DNA of 64,000 bases from Cenococcum geophilum. Its lineage: Eukaryota. A program made the translations under genes and the position numbers. The notes under the pieces are model-generated. The model was not told where the DNA came from and did not search any database. It saw only the letters and a program-made list of their open reading frames with translations. Below, piece after piece: positions 37,295 through 50,810 of the stretch (its first letter is position 1; every line of letters starts with the position of its first letter). Location: the NCBI GenBank assembly GCA_050273025.1, contig CP158635.1:5394001-5458000 (forward strand), read 5' to 3'.

Positions 37295-37986
37295 TAGAAT
37301 CCTTGGCATGCAGATCCCCGATTTTTGCGCCCAACCCAACGTGTAAAACCGTGAGATAACTAACCCATTTCCACGTTAAACGCCCCTTATTGTATAACGT
37401 CCCTGTCGTCAGTTAGTAAGTTCAAGAAGACGTCGCCCTGCTATCTTAGCGCGTTTCCTGGTATTATAGTACCTCCCGCGAACCCTACGGTCTCTACGCT
37501 CTATAATATGCATCTAAAATTAATGCATTTTGGATTAAGTTTGTGTATATATTAGGTAGATTTTTAGTATATATAGAACTAAATTTAAATATAAAATGGG
37601 CTGTCTTATCCGTAGACTTTATACATAAAATACAGTGGTTTTTAATACATAGTGCACGTAGATTTCACGCATATTAGGTATAAATCTTGTGCATATAATT
37701 AAGGCTGCAGAGAGGCTTAATATTCAGCTTAATTTAACTAATTTATATATATTAAATATTCTTTAGGTGATTTCTAAATCGACTACAAAGCCCACCTACA
37801 TGCGGCTCTGTCACTAGAACTTTATTAAGCCTCCTATACGCGCCGTAGCTAGACGATCAGATCTACGCAATAAGAACGCAAAGCCGGTTGCCAGGTCATA
37901 AGAGGTGGAATATTAAGGCCCTACGGGGGGCAGGATGTGTAGGGCACTAAGACGGTCTATATCCGCGCGACAAGTAGGGTTAATCC

Positions 37987-38190
37987 TAACGATAGTACTA
38001 GAGGAGTCCTCCACATGCGTCTCCTGCTTACATAAGCAGAGTCCCTTCTTATTCAGTCTCCGCAGCAACTACTTCGGTATCCGTAGTAGTCACCCTGGAC
38101 CCCATAGATATAGGCCTATATTAAGGCCTATATTCCTTATAGACAGATTCTATAGCTTCATTCATTCATTTAATATTATTCAGTTTATCA
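37987..38190 (+). repeat. Copia 5' LTR
   Basis: Matches 63862-64000 at offset 25875 and ends ...TTATCA before GGTTATAAGC. The 5' boundary is uncertain (CC rather than TG). Confidence 0.8.
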
Positions 38191-39353
38191 GGTTATAAGC
38201 ACTCGTTGCTACCAAGCTGCAACGTCAGAAGATTGACACCTTACCATAGGTTGCATTAAGGGTTACTACACCCGTGCTAGGTTATTCCTTACTGCTCTGT
38301 ATCATTTCTTATTATCAAATCTACGCGTTAAGTTCGTGTATTTACGCGTCAAATTCATTTATTTACGCGTCGCTATGGGTAAAGACTACCCAGGCATTTA
38401 ACGCCTTAAGAAAGACGGTTTAAATTAGACCCAATATTAGACGCAGCTCAGCACGTACCTACGTGGTGAGGGCCTTCTGTATATTATTTAGGAAGATATA
38501 GGCCCACCCCTCTACCTAAAGCTCTAGGAAGAAAAACCTACGATATCTATTAATTAAGTACTAAAGGACGCTAATAAGGAGGAGCGAGACGAGATCCTTA
38601 AGAGGTCTTAAATTATTATAGATACTAATAATTTAATTCGCTTAGCCAATAAGGCACTCTCCTATAAGTATAATAAGGAGTTTAAACAGTACAGTAAGAA
38701 AGACGGCAAAGTCTATTTAGTTATCCTTAGTACAATCAATAATAAGATCCTTACTGCCTTAGAATACAAGCAGACGGCAAAGGACTACATTAATTACCTT
38801 AAGTAGACGTTTAAGGCCTATGGCTTAATCTATAAGGCTAATATATAGGAGACTTTTATTAAGCTCCGTTTTTAATTAGACTAAGCGGTTACTACTTTCT
38901 TAAGCCGTTACTAAGAAGCGGTTTAAGGAGTTAAGCAGGTAAAGCTTGCCCTAGATAATAAGATTATTAACTATTAATTTATTAACGCTGTTAACGAATA
39001 CTTCCCTATATGGGCTTAAATCTAATGTAATAAGATTCGCAACGGCTACACGATTATACTAGTCTAATTAATCGCTAACCTTACCAATAAGGCTTGGCGA
39101 AAGGACTTACTTAAAAGCTTCGCCTTAGTTAATAAGCCACTAGGTAACTCTGGTTAAGGACGTAGTAATAGCTATAGTTACGGCAATAGTTAAGGTAGAG
39201 GTAGTAGGGGAGCCAGCTATAGTGCCTTATTAGGCAATTAAGGCCCTACTAAGGATGCTTTAAATAAGTACGGATAGTATAAGCTAGGTTATCTAGGTGG
39301 TAAGGAAAATTATTAAATAAAGTACGCCTATTTAAGGCCCGAATAGTAGAGAC

Positions 39354-39775
39354 TGTTACGGACGCTTTAAGTACAATGTTACGACTACTCGGAGAGGAGT
39401 TAAAAGAAGCTAGTTGGTTAATATAGGCACGGTCTAGGATGGAACTGGTAGAACCATATAATAAAGAATGGTAAGCGAGTTATATAATGTTGTACGCAGT
39501 GTACGCAGTGTACGAAGGGAACGTACGTATAATATGTATAATATATATATTACATATAAGGAGGATTTTATAGGAGCACGGTTATATATTTAAGGACCCT
39601 TAGTCCCTACCTAGATAGTTCCTTCCTTATAGTAATTCTTAGAATACAATTAGAGTTAATCTATTGGGCAACTACTCCACCAGTTATTATTACGTTATTA
39701 ACTTAACTTTGCTTTATCTATATACCTAGCCTAATAATAAACCTACTGTAGTACTTACTACAAGGTTCCGTTATA
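39354..39775 (+). repeat. Gypsy A 5' LTR
   Basis: TGTTACGG...CCGTTATA; direct repeat of 46965-47386. Confidence 0.9.
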
Positions 39776-42700
39776 TAATTACTACCTAGTTATAGTAATA
39801 AATATAGAAGTTAAATAACATGCCACTAAAAGTAGCCACCACGACGCCGTTAACGGCAGCAACCACTTTAAGGTTAAGTGGAAATACAAGTATGCAAGAT
39901 ACTAACTTACAACCAGTCACGGTTAGGTAGTTACAGGAAATTGTTAATAGGTTAAACAAAAACAACTAAATACTTAAAGAAAGACTTAATAGAATTGGAG
40001 TAGTAAAGGTTAAGTTATCTTTAATTAAATAATTCTTAGGAGAGAGATCGAAGCTTAAAGGATTTCTAACGTAAATGTATTTTAAAGTTATGCAAGAAGG
40101 GGCTAAGTTAGCTATAATAATGGATTAGATAGCCTATATAGGACTATTTCTAATAGGATGGGCACTTAAATAGTTTAAACCCTACTTAACGGAAATATAG
40201 ACTAACGGAATAACTACTACTAATTAAAAGGTACGATTTGTGTTTTCTAGCTAAGTAGGATTCGCGGAATAATTAATATAGATATTTAGGGACCTAGAAG
40301 CAATAACTATAGCAAAGAGAAAGCTTTAGGACCTAATATAGTAAACTTTAGCAATTAAGTATACGATATAGTTTTAAATACTTACTATATAGGTTAAATA
40401 GAATAATAAGGCGCTTATAGTATAGTATAAACAAGGACTTAAGGCTAAAGTCCAGGACGTAATTATTTTAATAGAAGATATGGACACCCTAAGGGAATTA
40501 ATTAATTAGGCGATTAAAATTAATAATAGGATCTTCTAAAGGGAGTAGGCTAAGAAAGGTTAGGATAGAGTTCTATAGTTATATAAGGCGCAGAGCACGC
40601 AACGATAAAAGCTAAGTTAGAAACTATAGTATGGCGTAGAGCTAATGGACCTAAGTAGTACTAAAGAAACCTATAAGAGATAGAGTAAGAAACTATAGAA
40701 ACCTAGAGGTTAAGGATCTAGTAATTATAGGACTAAGGAGCATAGGCTAAACCAGGGATCTTATTAGCAAAAGATATTTAGGCGGACCCTATAGCAGAGT
40801 TAGTAGTTTAAAGATGGAGCTTATATAAATTGCGGGAAATAAGGTTATTTTGCGAGGGATTATAAAGATAGTTAGAGTTACTATATAATAAAGGGAACTA
40901 AATTAATAGTAGAAGATATATACGTATAGAGGGATAATAGTATACTATAAGGAATAAAAGAGTATTTAATTAGAAGTTTCGCGTTTTGTTATAATAACGC
41001 ATGCCAAATTTATAAAGACGCTAAGTATAGCATAAGCTATTGGCTATAAGAACTAGAGTTAAGAGAACTTAAAGGGACTTAAGAGTTAGATAAAGAATAA
41101 GATTAACTCTATAAGCTAGATTAAGATATTACAGCAATATACGGACAATAATTAGTAATAATAATAATGGAGTTAGAGTACTTATTAATTAACAGCGATA
41201 AGGACAGTAAAGGAACTAACTAGGGGTATCTAAACCTTAATAACGTAATAGAAGTAGAGACTGAGACCGCTATAGAGCAAGGTTTAGTAACGGGCATTAT
41301 AATACCATTGGATATAGTATCCATCGCTTTATAAGACAGAAGAAATAATATTTAAAGACAATTAAGTAAGTAGATAACTGCTAGTGCTAGCTTACTACTT
41401 AATAAAGGCAAAAAGCCAAAGGCTTAAGATTCTTAAGATGAGATAAAAGACAACTAAGATTCTTAAGACAAGATAAGGTATACCTAAGGACCTATAACGG
41501 ACGAAAACCGATAAAGTAGGGCAGTAGCTTAGTTTAGAAATATACGAATAAGCTTAGGACAGAGTTTCCTATAGGTATAAGACTCTTAAGACGAGATAAG
41601 TGAGATTTAAGACTCTTAAGATGAGATAAGAATACTATAGACGCCTAGTTAGACTAAGGCGGGAGCTAAACTTAAGTTAGAAGTCAGCTTAGGATTAAAG
41701 AATCTAAGGGGTTAAGAATTTAGAGAATAAATAAGGATATCTATAGGTAGGAAGTAAGCAGCTTCGCTATAGATTAGAGAATCTGCAATATAAACAGTAG
41801 TTAAATTAGGAGATAGACATATAGACCTAGAGGACTTACTAGGAAAATATAGTATTCAGCCTAAAGATTAAAAGTTTAATACCGCGATTAAGAAGTAAGA
41901 AAACTTTAAGGATCCACTTATAAGATAAGAAAGAAAAGAAACTATAGAGGAATTTAGAGTAAGAATTACCTTATAGTAAGAATAGAAACTAAATAAGAGA
42001 TTTAGTATATTAGGACGTATAAAGGATAGAGCGCTAGTATAAAGAATTACTAATAGGCTGAAAGTAGGTATACTAAGAGCTAAGTGGCTTACTAAACTAA
42101 AACAAGAAGAGGATCTAGGGATTCTAACTAGGTTTAAGGAACGACACACTAAAGGTTGTTATAACGTAGTAATAAGAAGATACTTTCTTACGGATAGACC
42201 GTATATACTTAAGTAGCTGTACTAAAAGTGGTATAGATAAAGGTATAATGACGAGTGGGAAGATTTCTATATATAGTTAGACGAAAAAGTAGTCCAAAAC
42301 TACCCAATTATAAAGAAGGCTATAACTTATATTAAGGAAGCCTTAATTATAACGTTAAAGGATCTAGAGGAGTAATTAGAGGACTGGAGAAGTAAAAGAT
42401 AAATCTTAGTACCTGTAAACGAAGTTGCGATGCTTAGATTAATATAAGAAAGGTTTAAACTTAAGGATAAAGACGAGCCGAGAGTTAACCTAAGACATTA
42501 AGCATATTATACACTATTGTGGATAGTATATATAGATAATGCGTGTAATATATATAGAGCACTAAAGGACAAAAACCGAAAGTATCTAATAAGAATATAT
42601 TAGATGACGGACGAGGCGAAATATTAAAACGTTAAGTATATGCATAGTTAGCACTTAGTAGAAGTTTAAGAATAAGGGGACTTAATACTTTAACTAGGAA

Positions 42701-45700
42701 GATTTCTTACGGAAGAATGCCTAGATAGATAATAATGGTGGGAATATCTAGAGAATACCTATCTATAGTATATTAAAGAAAAAAAGCGAACTAAGTATTA
42801 GCCTAAGTTGGACTAAGTATAAATAGGATTAAGCAGCTAATAGTTAGGAAAAGTAAAGGCCTATAGGACTAGAGGGAACTAGTAGTAGAGCCTTAGACCC
42901 TTAAAGGAATTTAAGAACAACACCTAAATTTATAAGTTAAGTGGCAAGATCAGCAGTTTAAGGCATTAATAGATAGTAGAGTAATAAGGAACTATATCTC
43001 GCTAATAGTAGTTAAAAGAATAGGGTTACTACACAGATAGAAGGAATACCCTTACCTATTAGTAATAATTTTAGGAGATCTGATAACCTATAGAGGAGGC
43101 ATTATTAACCTTAAAATAGGACCTATTCAGCTAACTATTAAAGGAAGACTAGTTAAGATGTCTTTCGACATATTACTATTGGGGAATAATAAGGTAGTGT
43201 TAGGAATGCCTTAGTTATAGGAATACAATCTAAAAATTAATTGGATTATAGGTTAGGTTAATATTAGGAATACTTAACGCCGTAAAATGCAACAATAAAC
43301 TAAGATAGTATAGTACTAGGTTAGAGTAATATATAAAGAAACCAATTAAGGATTAAGTTATATACTAAAGAGATACTATAAATATAGCAAAAAGTTATAG
43401 TTACCAGAAAGCGAAAAGCTGTTAGAGTATATAGTATGGGACTATAAAATAGAATTAGAAGAGGGAATAAGTCTAAAGTTCTTTCTAATCTATAAGCTTA
43501 CTAAGGAGGAAGGTAGAGCACTTAAAGAGTTTATCTAAGAAAACTTACGAAAAGGATATATTAGACCATCGCAGTTATTAGTAGGTTATCTAGTACTGTT
43601 CGTACTAAAGAAAAATAGCAAACTAAGGCTGTATATCGACTATAGATAGTTAAACAGCATCACTAGGAAGGATAGGTATCCTTTACCCTTAATTAGTAAA
43701 ATCTAAGATAGGATTAGTAATGCGCAAATCTTTATAAAGATAGATTTAAGATGGGCGTACTATTAGATTAGGATTAAGGAAGGCAACAAATAAAAGGCAG
43801 CCTTTAGGTTAAAGGAAGGACTATATAAACCATTAATTATATAATTTGGGCTTATAAACGCACCAGTAACGTTTTAGAAGCGTATTAACAATGTATTAAG
43901 AGAATACTTAGATGAATTTTGTTATAGTATATCTTAACAATATTATTATCTACTTAATAACTAAGGAAGAATATAGAAAACACGTTAAATAGGTTTTAGA
44001 GAGACTATAAGAAGAACAGATGCTAGTAGTAATTAAAAAATGCGAGTTCTTTACCAGGAAGACCAATTTTGTTAGATTTATTATTAAACTAGGCCAACTT
44101 AGTATAAATCTAAAGAAGATTAAGGCTATAGTGAATTGGCAAGAACTAGAGAACGTTACGCAGTTAAGATCGTTTTTAGGGTTTTATAATTACTATAAAA
44201 GGTTTATAGCGCAATAGTTAAAAGATATTAAGCTATTTACGCGGTTAATAAAGAAAGAAGAACTATAGGTATAGGGAAAGGAATAATAAGAACTGTTTAA
44301 GGAAGTTAAAAGGTTATTTACCTAGAAGCTAGTTCTTAAGATCTATTAACTAGGACTAGAAACGGTTATAGAAACGGATATATTAGACTTTATACTAGGA
44401 GTATACTTTCTATAAAAATATAAGGATAGATGGCACCTAGTGGTATACTATAGTTGGAAGATAACACCACTAGAGCTAAACTACGATATCTATAATAAGG
44501 AGTTGTTAGGTATAGTTACAGTACTAAAGAAATAGAGAGCATTCTTACAAGGTATAGAGAAACTATTTATGGTTAGGATGGATTATAAGAACCTAATAGG
44601 ATTCCTAATAACGAAGGAACTTAACTAAAGATAGGTTAGATGGGCAGAGATGCTTACGGAATACCATTTCGAGATTTAGTATACTAAGGGTACAGAAAAC
44701 GTATAAGCAGATGCTCTAAGTAGAAAAGCTAAACTGCAAAATAACGAGAAGCCATTAGGGGCTTTACTGCGAAAGGATACAGATGGATTAATTAGGTATA
44801 ATCACCTAAAGATTATAGTAACTTAAGAAAATAAGTTAGAGAAAGTCTACAAGACACTAGAAAGCTTTTAGGTATAAAGAATTCTAGAAGTATAACTAGA
44901 AGATCTATAGTCGGATATATACGAAACCTAAGAAGCTAAGTATATCCCAAAAAGTATAGCAGAGTAATTTATGGAAGATTTCTATAAAGGACTAACTTAA
45001 GGGCATAACGGAGCTATGGGCTTAGTGTTAAGACTCTAGGAGGAGTATATTATTAATAGAATCTAAAGGATAGCCAGAAAGGTCACTAAGGAGTGTCCAG
45101 ATTGCTAAAGAAATAAACTAATAAGGCATAAGCTATACGGAGGGCTACAACCTATTAAAATACCAGAGAGACTATAGGAGGTTATATTATAGGACTTTAT
45201 TATTAAGTTGCTAAAATTAAGAGACCCTATTACTAAATAAGATTATAACGCGATTTTAGTAATAGTAGACAAGCTTATAAAGTAGGGATACTTTATAGCA
45301 TATACAGAAGAAATATTAGCGGAAGATATCGCTAAAATCTATGTTAAGGAAGTATTTATAAGATATAGAGCACTAAGCAAAATTATATTGGATAGAGATT
45401 TAAGATTCGTAGCAGTATTCTAGGAGGTATTTTTAGCGGAGTAAGGAGTTTAAGCAGCAACTTCTACTGTATATTATCCGTAGACAGACAGTTAAACAGA
45501 AAGATTAAATTAGACACTAGAGCAGTATTTAAGGCACTATATTAATTACGCATAAAATAATTAGGTATCGCTATTACTAGTTATATAGTTTATATATAAT
45601 ACAACACCACAAGAAGGAATAGGCACGTCACTATTTAAGGCGAATTATGGATATAAGCTAAGAACATTATTATTACTATATTAAGTAAAGAAGATAAGTA

Positions 45701-46279
45701 GCAAAGCTAAGTAAAGAATAGAGATTTTAATAAATCTTTATATAGACCTTATAAAGACAGCTAAGGTAGTATAGCAGAAAATAAAGAAATACTATAACGC
45801 TAAAAGATCTAAAGGACCAGATCTTAAGGAGGGAGATAAAGTGTGGCTACTATACAAAAATTTTAAGAGTCGACGACTAAGTAAGAAGTTGGACTATGTC
45901 AGACTAGGACCTTTCGAAATTACGTAAAAAATTTTATTGGTTACATTTAAGTTAAACCTACTAGCTAAGATGAAGATTTACCCTATATAGCACATTGCGA
46001 TACTAGAGCCAGCATATAGAGATATTAAGCCACCAGTCTATAAAGCAGACACGTATAAAGGATAAGAAGAAGACGAATAGTAAGTTTTAAAGATCGTTAG
46101 TTATAAGGACGTTAACAATAAAATATAGTACAAAGTTAAGTGGATAGGCTATAATGAGACTACCTAGAAGCCACTAAAGAATTTAAAGAATGCTATAGGA
46201 AAGGTATAGGAGTATCGGAAGAGAAGAGGTCAGGCAACATTAATAAAGAAGGATTATTAAAAAATGAGTCACCTAAGGG

Positions 46280-46860
46280 GGACCTAGGAAGAGCGACTGC
46301 TAAACTACTTAGAGTTGTTCCCTTTACTACAGGAAGAGAGTTGGTTCTCTTATTACTAAGTTCCTGTAGACCTTATTCCATAAGTTTCTACTTTTTAGAA
46401 TAAACCTTTTTACGCACTTTCTTAAGACGAAGAAGACGGGCAGACGCCACGATGCGAGTATCTAGGGCCTTCTGTTCCGTATCGCGAAAACGTTTAAGCT
46501 TAGTAAGAGCCTATAATAGTTCACCATTAAGTTTTATAGCAGTAGTCTAAACGCGAGACCCTATAACAAATTACTTAGGGAACTTAAAGACTATTAAGAA
46601 AGATAGGACGTATATATTTAGCGTTAGAGATAGAGCGAATATTACAAGATAAATAAATATTTGCTTTAGTGCACTCTAAACATAAAGAGGGTTACTAGGA
46701 GGAAGGACTCGCCAACGTAATATAAACTAACCCCTCTTTCGCATAATAAGAACACGAAGATGGCATAATCTTATTAAGCGATAGTATGCTAGCAATAGTG
46801 CGAGTATAATACTGCGCTTATAAAGAAGAAGGAGGTTTAGAAACCTTAGAAGATATAATA
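46280..46860 (-). pseudogene. Antisense accessory gene relic of gypsy A (Zn2Cys6-like motif plus coiled coil)
   Basis: MPSSCSYYAKEGLVYITLASPSS**PSLCLECTKANIYLSCNIRS, a putative intron, then a coiled-coil-like exon. A paralogue is present in copy B. Confidence 0.6.
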
Positions 46861-46964
46861 AGTAATAATATTAACCAAATTAATTAGACGGATATTACAC
46901 CTCTAGTAAACAACTTAGAGATGTTTAGAATCTTTAAGGATAAAGATAGAGAGGAGGGAAATAG

Positions 46965-47386
46965 TGTTATAGACACTTTAAGTATAATATTATAACTACT
47001 TAGAGAGGAGTTAGAAGAAGCTAGTTAGTTAATATAGGTATGGTCTAGGATAGAACCGGTAGAACTATATAACAAAGAATAGTAAGTAAGTCACATAATG
47101 TTATACGCAGTGTACATAGTATATGAAGGGAACGTATGTATAACATATATAACACGTATATTACGTATAAGGAGGGTTTTATAGGAGCACGGTTGTGTAT
47201 TTAAGGACCCTTAGTCCCTACCTAGATAGTTCCTTTCTTGTAGTAATTCTCAGAATATAATTAGAGTTAATTTGTTAGGCAACCACTCCACTAATTATTA
47301 TTACGTTGTTGACTTAACTTTGCTTCACCTACATACCTAGCCCAATAACGAACCCACCGTAGTACTTACTATAAGGTTCCGTTACA
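46965..47386 (+). repeat. Gypsy A 3' LTR
   Basis: TGTTATAG...CCGTTACA, followed by the TSD GAGAC. Confidence 0.9.
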
Positions 47387-50300
47387 GAGACCTAGAGAGA
47401 GATAACCTCTACGCTTAGGTAATAGAGTAGCCTTAAATATAAATAAGGCCTCTAAGGGGACATCTAATTACCCCTTTTAAGCTACTAATTCGGTAACTAG
47501 ATCAATCTTTACTACGTAGGTTATTAGGCCAGTAGCTATAGCTTTAGGAATAAATATTAAGGACTTCTAGATAGCCGATAATTGCTTAAATATTTATATA
47601 GGTAACGACATTAGGAAGTTTATTTAGTATTAGGAAATTAAACCTATCTAAATTTAGACGGGAGGAGGCCTAATAAAGGCCATTAGTATTAGATTAGTTG
47701 AGCTTATAGTTACCTAAACTAACTACTTAGCCTATATAATTATATTTACTAAAGTATATTACTATCCTAACTTCTTTACAAATATTATCTCGCTTAGTAT
47801 CTTATAAGAAAAGGGAGTCTTTTTTAATAGTCTTTATAACATAATTAACTTCGTTAAAGATTAGGTAGAAATAGCCTATATTCTATATATTAACGGACTT
47901 AATTTATTTATACTGGTAGATAACCCTATAAAGGTTCCTTTTATAATAGCTTTAGCTACTGCATAATTACGCCTCTATAAGAAAGGCGTGCTTACTAAAG
48001 CTACTATAGAGACTTAGTATAAGAGACTATAATACCTTCCTCCTAACTAGATATGTTAACTGGCTAGAAGTATAAAGGGGATTATAGTTACTAAGGATAA
48101 GCCATTTTACTGCGAGGACTATTACCTTGGAAAGGCCAAGAAGCAAATATTAAGACGCCCTTAACAACGCAGTAATTGCATATTTAAAAAGGTGTATATT
48201 AATATAGTTAGGCTATTAAAACACGAAGGCCTTTACGGAGAGAAGTACTGGGTATTATTTATTAATAACTAAACACGCTTTAAATAGATCTACTATATAT
48301 TAAATAGAGGCTCCGCGGCCTTTACCTTAAAGTAGTTTATCTATATAATTAAGACTTAAATAGGGATAACAATTGGCTGCTTCCAATTAGATAAAGCTGC
48401 TAAGTGGTTTAATAAGGACTTAACCAATTTCTTTAAGAACGAAGGCATAGTCACTAAGGCCTCTACCCTATACACTACACACTAAAATAGAATAGTAGAG
48501 AAGGCCAACTACCTAGTTAAAGAAAGGGTTAAGGTAATATTAATTAAGACTTAATTACTACTAAAGCTCTAGCCTAAAGTCGCCAAGGCAGCCGTATATA
48601 GGCTTAATATATTACCTATATTAGTTAATAAGGATAAAGCTCCGCCCGCTTAAGCAATAGCTTATACCCTAAATAACACCAATTTTACAATTACGTACGC
48701 TAACTGGAAGATCTATAGCTGTCCCACCTACGTCTATATTAATAAAAAAGACCCTTAGTAGTAATAGGGTAATAAGTTCGTTATAAGAGCTTAGAAAGGA
48801 CAATTGGTTAGCTATAAAGGCTTATATATATATCGCGTCTATTTACCTTATAAGAATAGGGTTGTTTAATTAAGTAGTATTACCTTTAATAAATTAGGAA
48901 CCTTTCTTACTATACCAATTAGTAAGGAAGAAGGTAGCAACAATAATATCTGCTAGATACTACTTAAGGAACTTCCTATTAAAGACACTATACTAAAGGT
49001 CTCTTGGTCACTATAGGAAAGAAGTAAGGCTTCTTAGTCACTATAGAAAGGAAGTAAGGCTTCTTAGTTACTATAGGATGCAGACTAGGACTTTTGGGCC
49101 TCTTAGTTAAGGGGTGACTTTTAGTTAGGGGGTGCCTCTGGCGATTATAATATCGCACTATAGCTTAATTAACCTCCCCTTACTAATAATAAATAGGTAG
49201 GCCTTAACTAGCAAGAGCTTCCTAATCTAGGAGGACACCTCTATTAGGAAGGGACTCCCCTAAAAAATATCTACTAGGAGGATTTAGAATAGATTTTAAC
49301 TAAGTACTTAAATAAGGAACCTAAACCTATAACAAACACTTATATACAGTTAAAGCTACAGCTTAACTATAGCGTACTCTATAAAACCAGAAGGAAGGAG
49401 CCGGCTATAAAGGCTACCTACCTTACCCCGTCCTTCGCCTATACATTTATAAGTGCTCTATTACAGCCTTAATAAATAAGGATAACTAAAGGACTACCTC
49501 TAGAACCTCACAACTGGAAGAAAGCCATAAATTTAATATTTAAGAAGGAGTGGAAGGCTACGGCGGATAAGGAATAGAAGTCTTAAATAATAAATATCTT
49601 ATTTAAGATTGTTAAACTTCTACCTAGAGCTAAGGCTCTACCTATTAAATGGGTCTTTATATATAAATTTAATAAGAATAACGTCCTATTTAGATAGAAA
49701 GCACAGCTAATATTACGCGGTAATAAGTAGCGCCTAGGAATTAACTATAGCGATATATTCGCAAGCGTTATTTAACCTAGTATATTTAAGCTACTAATAG
49801 CCCTAGTTACTATATACAATCTAAAGTACAAGCACTTAGATATAATTACGGCCTTCCTTAATAGGAAGCTTAACCGCAAGAATATCTATATCTAGCTGCT
49901 AAAAGGATACCGTTAATATTAGAAGTGTTACGGACGCTTTAAGTACAATATTACAACTACTTGGGGAAGAGTTAGAAGAAGCTAGTTAGTTAATACAAGT
50001 ACGGTTTAGGATGGAACCAGTGGAGCTATATGACGAGGAATAGTAACTACATCAGGAAATTTTTTTTTAGGGTCATTGTTGCGGTTTGCGGCAAATTGCC
50101 GCAAACTATACGATCGCGGCAGACGTATATAGTCGATAGCAATTTGCGCAAAACGCACGTTTTGCAACAAGTTTACAGCACCCTAATAGCAAATTGCGCA
50201 TTTTGTAACAAGTTTGCAGCATCTAATAGCAAATTGCGGTAAAATGCTACCTTATAAATAAATAGTGCGCAAACTATATAAATTGTAAAAACTGTACGAA

Positions 50301-50495
50301 TTGTAAAAACTGTATAAATTGTAACTATATGTAACTATATAAATTATAATTATATTATATAATAACCAAATTATTATATATTCCTATAGATTTCTATAAT
50401 ATACTTTTAAATATATTTATATTATAACTATATAAAATGTAGAGCTATCTACTTTAGGCGTTAAGGGGGAAGCCTCTCGCAGAGGCTCTAAATCA

Positions 50496-50507
50496 TCTAC
50501 CTACCTA

Positions 50508-50538
<31 letters not shown>

Positions 50539-50735
50539 ACCTACCTACCTACCTACCTACCTGCCTGCCTACCTGCCTACCTACCTGCCTGCCTACCTGC
50601 CTACCTACCTACCTACCTGCCTACCTACCTACTTACCTACCTACCTGTCTGTCCGTCCGTCTATACCTACCCGTCTATACCTACCTATCTGTGCCTACCT
50701 GTCTGTGCCTACCTGTCTATGCCTACCTATCTATG
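50496..50735. repeat. (CTAC/CTGC)n microsatellite grading into a 12-bp unit
   Basis: Direct reading of the tandem units. Confidence 0.9.
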
Positions 50736-50810
50736 TCACCTTAATTCGATCGATCGATCAAATCGTTTATCGTGTTCGCTGGCTAGTCGTTTAAACGGTT
50801 GTCGTGTGGC

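Larger units (their letters stand above)
39354..47386 (+). mobile_element. Ty3/gypsy chromovirus copy A, full length, RIP-mutated
   Basis: 422-bp LTRs (39354-39775, 46965-47386) and 5-bp TSD GAGAC (39349-53, 47387-91). Contains gag with a zinc knuckle (~40830), PR (ALIDSR...NYIS ~42962), RT, RH, INT, a chromodomain (~46070-46220, VKWIGYNETT*KP) and the PPT GAGAGGAGGGAA. Confidence 0.93.

Noticed and set aside
37480..37770. Possible further MITE in the AT-rich patch
   Set aside because: Only weak inverted similarity; I could not define TIRs or a TSD.
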